From the UHGV virus genome UHGV-0286546: DNA of 64,000 nucleotides. One strand, written 5' to 3'. Positions 59,810 through 64,000 of this stretch are shown here, one piece after another. Position numbers and translations under genes: made by a program. Positions within the stretch are counted from its first letter, which is position 1; each line of letters starts with the position of its first letter. This DNA comes from a virus. A model generated the notes under the pieces. It was not told the DNA's origin, did not search any database, and was given only the letters and a program-made list of their open reading frames with translations.

Positions 59810-61146
59810 TATTTTTCTCCTAAAGCGTATCTAAAAATTACGGCATCTGCTGTTACAGTACTATTATACACAAAAATCTGTCCTTTACCGATGTAGAACA
59901 TCCCACGGGCAGCATTCGCTACTGTTTTTGGTATTCCGCTGTTGAAAATAGGAGTTGTTCGGTTCTCATCTCCCTCAGCATATATTAAAGCCTGCCCATA
60001 AACATCTGTGCCATTTATTCTAATTTCTATATACCCATTTGCAGGAGCCTGAAAATAAGCCTGAGGTGCAAGAGATACAGATATTACTCTAGCACTTGAA
60101 GCAACACCAGATAGAAGTGTATTTCTTCCTGCAGCACTAAGATTGTCCATATCAACATTAGCTTTATTCGCTAGTTGCTCTAAAGCCCTTCCAGCATTAA
60201 TTAAATTGGCATCTTGTGCTGTTTCACCAACATAGAAGTACAGATACATTTCTGTTGCTCTTTGTTGTACCGGCGCTCCATTTTGGTAGGTTGATGATGA
60301 GAGAGAAGCATCAAATCCAAGTGAAAAGTTGACAGAATCGCTATTATTATTAGCTGGTTTAGAATACCACCCAATTGCGCCTAAGTTTTTTATGCCATAA
60401 AAACTTCCTGTCTTCTTAGGGTAATATGATGTAATAGCATTTCCGTCATTATTATATGCACTACCAGTAATATTCGGCAGGGTTTCTAGCACATAATTTC
60501 CGACATTGTTACGGCAGCCGACAAATCCCCATTTAGATTGAGGCAGCTTAAATTGTGTATTGGCTGTATCTAAGACATAATACCAAGCAACACCTTGAGA
60601 TGCGTATAGAGCGGAAACATCTGTATCCTCAGCGACATCTGCAATTCTGTAACCTTTCGGAGTAAGCTTATAGGTGATGTTTCCATCTGTCTGCTCTGTT
60701 CCTAAATTGTACTCTGACAACAGTTCTTCATAAGCCGATACATACACTGTTCCGGAAGCCCAATTCCCATTAGAAAGAAGCCAAGATGAATTATTTAAGG
60801 TATGGTCTACAAACTTAGCATCAAATAAGGAATAGGGATTATTAAGCTCAATCTCACGAGTTACATCTACACTTTCCTCAACACCAGTTGCTACTTGGAT
60901 AAAATATGGGTATTGAATAGCTTCTTGTTGAACTGGAGCATTATCTTGGTAGGTTGATGAACTGCGGGAAGCGTTGAAATTCATTTGATTATTATTAGAA
61001 CCGGAGCCCATGCCACCATAGGGATTATTACCATCATAAAAAGCACCTGAACCACCAGTTAGCCCATTTTGTCTCCCATAGAAAGTTCCTTTAATATTCG
61101 GCAAGCTCTCAGCCTTAATACTTCCCATCAAAGCTAAATCTTGCAA
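59809..61146 (-). CDS. Tail fibre distal part with duplicated receptor-binding modules (in frame with upstream fibre ORF across one TAG)
   Basis: Contains a full copy and a partial copy of the ~200-aa module found in 61216..62448 ('VYVSAY...GVAWYYV.DT.N.QFKLP..KWGF...PNITG...SSSTY.D.APVQ...EMYLYFYVG'). The predicted start is a TTG with no RBS. Confidence 0.55.
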   Translation of the reverse strand: MQDLALMGSIKAESLPNIKGTFYGRQNGLTGGSGAFYDGNNPYGGMGSGSNNNQMNFNASRSSSTYQDNAPVQQEAIQYPYFIQVATGVEESVDVTREIELNNPYSLFDAKFVDHTLNNSSWLLSNGNWASGTVYVSAYEELLSEYNLGTEQTDGNITYKLTPKGYRIADVAEDTDVSALYASQGVAWYYVLDTANTQFKLPQSKWGFVGCRNNVGNYVLETLPNITGSAYNNDGNAITSYYPKKTGSFYGIKNLGAIGWYSKPANNNSDSVNFSLGFDASLSSSTYQNGAPVQQRATEMYLYFYVGETAQDANLINAGRALEQLANKANVDMDNLSAAGRNTLLSGVASSARVISVSLAPQAYFQAPANGYIEIRINGTDVYGQALIYAEGDENRTTPIFNSGIPKTVANAARGMFYIGKGQIFVYNSTVTADAVIFRYALGEK

Positions 61147-61215
61147 GCCATTGATATTAACAACCTTAGGCAGTCTGATTGTACCGGCTGTATCATCAAT
61201 AACAAACTTACCACA

Positions 61216-62448
61216 CTAACCAAGTTTAGAATTAGTGACTTCTGCCTGCCAGTTTGTTTCAGTTGCTGCAAGGTTAGGATTTAATTGGATAATAGTCTTA
61301 ATCTTGTTTGTAAAAGACACAAACTGAGATTGACTGATAACTTGTCCATTCAAGTACCTGCGTTTATTTTGTGTTTCATCAATACCAAGTGGCGCAATAC
61401 CGATGTCACCTATTTCTAAACTACCACCTGAATCTTTTTTAAGCTTTTCTACATCTGTAACAAGGGTATCTAAATTTACTTCACTCTCTACTATTACTGT
61501 ATTACCTACATAGAAGTATAAGTACATTTCAGTTGCGCGCTCTTGTACTGGAGCATTGTCTTTGTAGGTTGATGAACTGCGGGAAGCGTTGAAACTTGTT
61601 GTCCTTCCGCCACTATCTGTAGTTATCCAACTAGATGGTCCTGCTACATATTGCGGAGTTTCCAATTTAAAAGCTCCAGTCGGTGTAGAGGAATAAGCAG
61701 TATACTGAATAGCACCGGTAATATTCGGCACACTCTCTGATACGTAGTCACCAGCTTTATTTCTGAGTCCTGTGAATCCCCATTTAGTTCTTGGAAGTTT
61801 AAATTGTTTATTTTCAGTATCAATAACGTAATACCAAGCTACTCCTGTTTTTTCATAGAGAGAGGTGAGGTTAGCTAATTGATCTGGTAAACAAATTTTA
61901 TAATTATTTTCTGAACGATAGAAAGAAATAGTAATATCGTCTATTGTTTCGGTTTCAAGGACCGTAGAAGCACGTTCTTTTTCTTTTAATAATTTGTTAT
62001 AGGCAGATACATAAACAGCCGCAGAATGCCAAGAAAAGTTATCTGCGCGTGTCCAAGAGATATTATTAATGATATGATCTGACCATTTAAAGTCGAACAG
62101 ATTAAAGCCACTTATTTTAGAAGAATCTGCAGTAACTTCATCTGTAACATTATAAACGGTATTAAGATCTTTTTCTGCTAATGCAAGGTATTCAGCTGTA
62201 GTACCGTTCCAAATTTTAAGCATAGTATCGTTTGGATTAGCGTTTTCTATAGCTTTTACGGTAACTGCACCGTTTGTTCCTGTGTCTCCGTTAACAGAAG
62301 TAATACCAACATTGATATTGAGATCTTCTGTAGTTTTATTACCGTCTAATTCTACCCCATTAATTTTGGGTTTATTTATGAGGTCTTGGTAATCTGTAGT
62401 AGAAGAAACAGAATCTGCGATTATAATTTTACCTTGTCTAATACTCAT
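61216..62448 (-). CDS. Tail fibre protein (N-terminal NKP-x-ING motif + receptor-binding module)
   Basis: The N-terminal 'DYQDLINKPKINGVELDGNK' fibre motif also appears in 62470..63987 ('DYELLTNKPMVNGITLVGNR'). A repeat module follows. Upstream motif AAATATAAAGAGAGATAATAAGA-ATG. Confidence 0.6.
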   Translation of the reverse strand: MSIRQGKIIIADSVSSTTDYQDLINKPKINGVELDGNKTTEDLNINVGITSVNGDTGTNGAVTVKAIENANPNDTMLKIWNGTTAEYLALAEKDLNTVYNVTDEVTADSSKISGFNLFDFKWSDHIINNISWTRADNFSWHSAAVYVSAYNKLLKEKERASTVLETETIDDITISFYRSENNYKICLPDQLANLTSLYEKTGVAWYYVIDTENKQFKLPRTKWGFTGLRNKAGDYVSESVPNITGAIQYTAYSSTPTGAFKLETPQYVAGPSSWITTDSGGRTTSFNASRSSSTYKDNAPVQERATEMYLYFYVGNTVIVESEVNLDTLVTDVEKLKKDSGGSLEIGDIGIAPLGIDETQNKRRYLNGQVISQSQFVSFTNKIKTIIQLNPNLAATETNWQAEVTNSKLG

Positions 62449-62469
62449 TCTTATTATCTCTCTTTATAT

Positions 62470-63987
62470 TTAAGAATTTAGTTGTGCTTCTAAAGCGGCA
62501 ATTCTAGCTTCTAATGCATTAATTTTATTTGCCAGTGTTGTATTCTGAGTTTGCGCGTTATCATCTGTAATAAAGTACGTAACAGCATCATCATAAGTAG
62601 CTAATGCATCATATTCAGCAAGTGTACCTTTCCACAATCTACTATTTACATAATTATCTGATGTAACTACATTTTCAGGTACTTCGTAGGTATTCGTAAT
62701 TGTGTTATTTTCAATTTTAATACCATTACCTGCTGTTAAAGTATCTTGTTTAGTGTCTAATTTTTGGTCTGTTTCTGTTTTTGTATAGTAGTCACTTAAA
62801 TCAACGGTAGTTGAACCAATAAGCTCAAAAGATGAAGTACTCTCAAGCCAAATATATTCGTCGTAAATATTATCACCACTTACAGATGTTTTAGGCAGTA
62901 AGTATAATACCATTTTTTGACCAGTTGCAGGTAACGCATCAACAATTTTTATTTCAAATTGTGAAATACTTGCAATCGCACTAGCAACATCAGAGGCTGT
63001 TTGATACCCTGCATCATTAGTAAGAGAACTAACATTAGTAGGAATTTCAGATTTTAAAGCAATGTTAGGTTTATCAGCAGTATAAATAGGATCTGTTTCT
63101 GTTTGTAAAGCTGTAGCGCCCTTGCTTGCACCTTGCCTTATTACATCTAAATCAGAAATAACATCTTGCTTTTTAGCTAATTCTTCATTTACATAAGATG
63201 TGTCTGCTTTTCCAGAAATATCTTGATGTTCAGTCAAATATCCCGAATCATTCTCTAACTGAGATACTTTTGTCGGAATATCAACGCTTTTAGCATACGT
63301 ATTTTCTATTTCTTCTTTTGTATAAACATCTGTAATACCATACCCAGCAAGAGTAGTTGCTTTATCAGCTTTTTTATTTTCTAATGTATTTTCGACGGTA
63401 TTAACTCTTGTATTAGTAGCATAATCTCCGGCAGGTTGAATTCCTAACTCTCCCAAAGATCTATTACCAACTAAAGTAATGCCATTAACCATCGGTTTAT
63501 TAGTAAGTAATTCGTAATCTCTACTATCTGGTTGGTAGTCGCCTAAGAAGATAACTACTTCTGTTCTTACACCTGCCTCAAATGGTTTAGATAATACAAT
63601 CGTATCTTTGGCATCGTTTAAGTTAAATTCAGTAGAAAGAATCTGAGTATTTTCAATATTAACGTAGAAGATGTTTGCTTTACTTAATACTGTCATACCG
63701 AGTGGAATTTCATTACTATAACTCTCAAATGTATAACTAACTTTATATTGAGTCATAGAACCACCACCGACAGAAATCCATCTCGAAGTACCACCATCTG
63801 AGGTTGGTAATACGTTAATACTATCTATTGGAGCATTACTGGTTGCATCATATAAGTAGATTCTAGTATTTTCACGGATAACAATATATTCACCGCCTGT
63901 TTCATTATTATAGTTGGCGGCATCTGCGACGTGTTCTAACTGTCTAAAACCTAATTTTGTTAAATAAGAGGATACTTTGGTTGCCAT
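62470..63987 (-). CDS. Tail fibre / tail spike protein
   Basis: Contains the 'DYELLTNKPMVNGITLVGNR' motif and a C-terminal coiled coil 'NKINALEARIAALEAQL'. Confidence 0.55.
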   Translation of the reverse strand: MATKVSSYLTKLGFRQLEHVADAANYNNETGGEYIVIRENTRIYLYDATSNAPIDSINVLPTSDGGTSRWISVGGGSMTQYKVSYTFESYSNEIPLGMTVLSKANIFYVNIENTQILSTEFNLNDAKDTIVLSKPFEAGVRTEVVIFLGDYQPDSRDYELLTNKPMVNGITLVGNRSLGELGIQPAGDYATNTRVNTVENTLENKKADKATTLAGYGITDVYTKEEIENTYAKSVDIPTKVSQLENDSGYLTEHQDISGKADTSYVNEELAKKQDVISDLDVIRQGASKGATALQTETDPIYTADKPNIALKSEIPTNVSSLTNDAGYQTASDVASAIASISQFEIKIVDALPATGQKMVLYLLPKTSVSGDNIYDEYIWLESTSSFELIGSTTVDLSDYYTKTETDQKLDTKQDTLTAGNGIKIENNTITNTYEVPENVVTSDNYVNSRLWKGTLAEYDALATYDDAVTYFITDDNAQTQNTTLANKINALEARIAALEAQLNS

Positions 63988-64000
63988 CTTTTCTTCCTAT

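Larger units (their letters stand above)
59809..62448 (-). repeat. Intragenic tandem duplications of a ~0.6-kb receptor-binding module with near-identical 35-45-nt DNA cores
   Basis: The string 'ggtaggttgatgaactgcgggaagcgttgaaa' occurs at ~60945 and ~61563. The string 'atccccatttag...ttaaattgt...aataccaagc' occurs at ~60531 and ~61781. A third diverged copy lies near 60281. Confidence 0.7.

Noticed and set aside
61216-61218. Genome-wide TAG-to-sense recoding (as in some crAss-like/Lak phages)
   Set aside because: Only one in-frame TAG was found. TAG is used as an ordinary stop by several genes here (e.g. 649-651, 6958-6960, 10197-10199 region), and the other late genes are not fragmented.
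1-64000. tRNA or other structured RNA genes in intergenic regions
   Set aside because: All intergenic gaps are short (mostly <150 nt) and extremely AT-rich. The only stable GC-containing hairpins are terminator-like (short stem + T-run). No ~75-nt region with tRNA-like GC content or conserved GTTC/TPsiC-type arms was seen. tRNAscan-SE would be the decisive check.
1-64000. CRISPR array or other regularly spaced direct repeats
   Set aside because: No repeat-spacer periodicity found. The only repeats are intragenic duplications in the fibre genes.

Overview
This window is an AT-rich (~30% GC) segment of a large virulent dsDNA phage. All feature and family calls below come from motif-level reading of the supplied ORF translations; nothing was searched or computed.

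Layout:
- ~1-15 kb: a plus-strand block of small early-type ORFs. It contains a dCMP deaminase, an NAD-dependent DNA ligase, two metallophosphoesterases, an IbpA-like small heat-shock protein and an AAA+ ATPase. An opposite-strand island at 11.4-13.0 kb carries a Vsr-like nuclease and an HExxH protein.
- ~15.2-38.0 kb: a minus-strand replication and nucleotide-metabolism module. It holds anaerobic RNR NrdD/NrdG, a second metallophosphoesterase, a ThyA-family enzyme with the cytosine-specific Asn-to-Asp change (dCMP hydroxymethylase-like), an NPPY methyltransferase, a T4-gp1-like dNMP kinase, a dUTPase-family pyrophosphatase, a family-B DNA polymerase with a C-terminal AEP-primase-like domain, a GapR/DUF2312-like protein, RecA, ClpP, an HNH endonuclease flanked by two paralogous genes, serine hydroxymethyltransferase and an F420-ligase (CofE)-family protein.
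- ~38.2-57.4 kb: plus strand. It holds small ORFs, a putative small terminase and a large terminase interrupted exactly at its Walker B motif by an intein that carries a GIY-YIG/NUMOD endonuclease. That intein is broken into two reading frames, so it may be a split intein. Further along are tandem homing-endonuclease-like genes (zinc ribbons + Vsr-like nuclease, then HNH), a 1001-aa glycine-rich protein, a GH19 endolysin and a tandem-AAA+ ATPase.
- ~57.5-64.0 kb: a minus-strand tail-fibre cluster with internally duplicated receptor-binding modules. Two in-frame fibre ORFs there are separated only by a single TAG codon.

No rRNA, tRNA or CRISPR array was seen. Several hairpin plus T-run terminators sit at operon ends.

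The most notable biology:
- A T-even-like set of enzymes predicting modified cytosine (hmC/5mC-type) DNA, sitting beside SHMT and a gamma-glutamyl-ligase-family enzyme.
- The terminase intein described above.
- A PolB-primase fusion.
- A phage copy of a GapR-like nucleoid protein.
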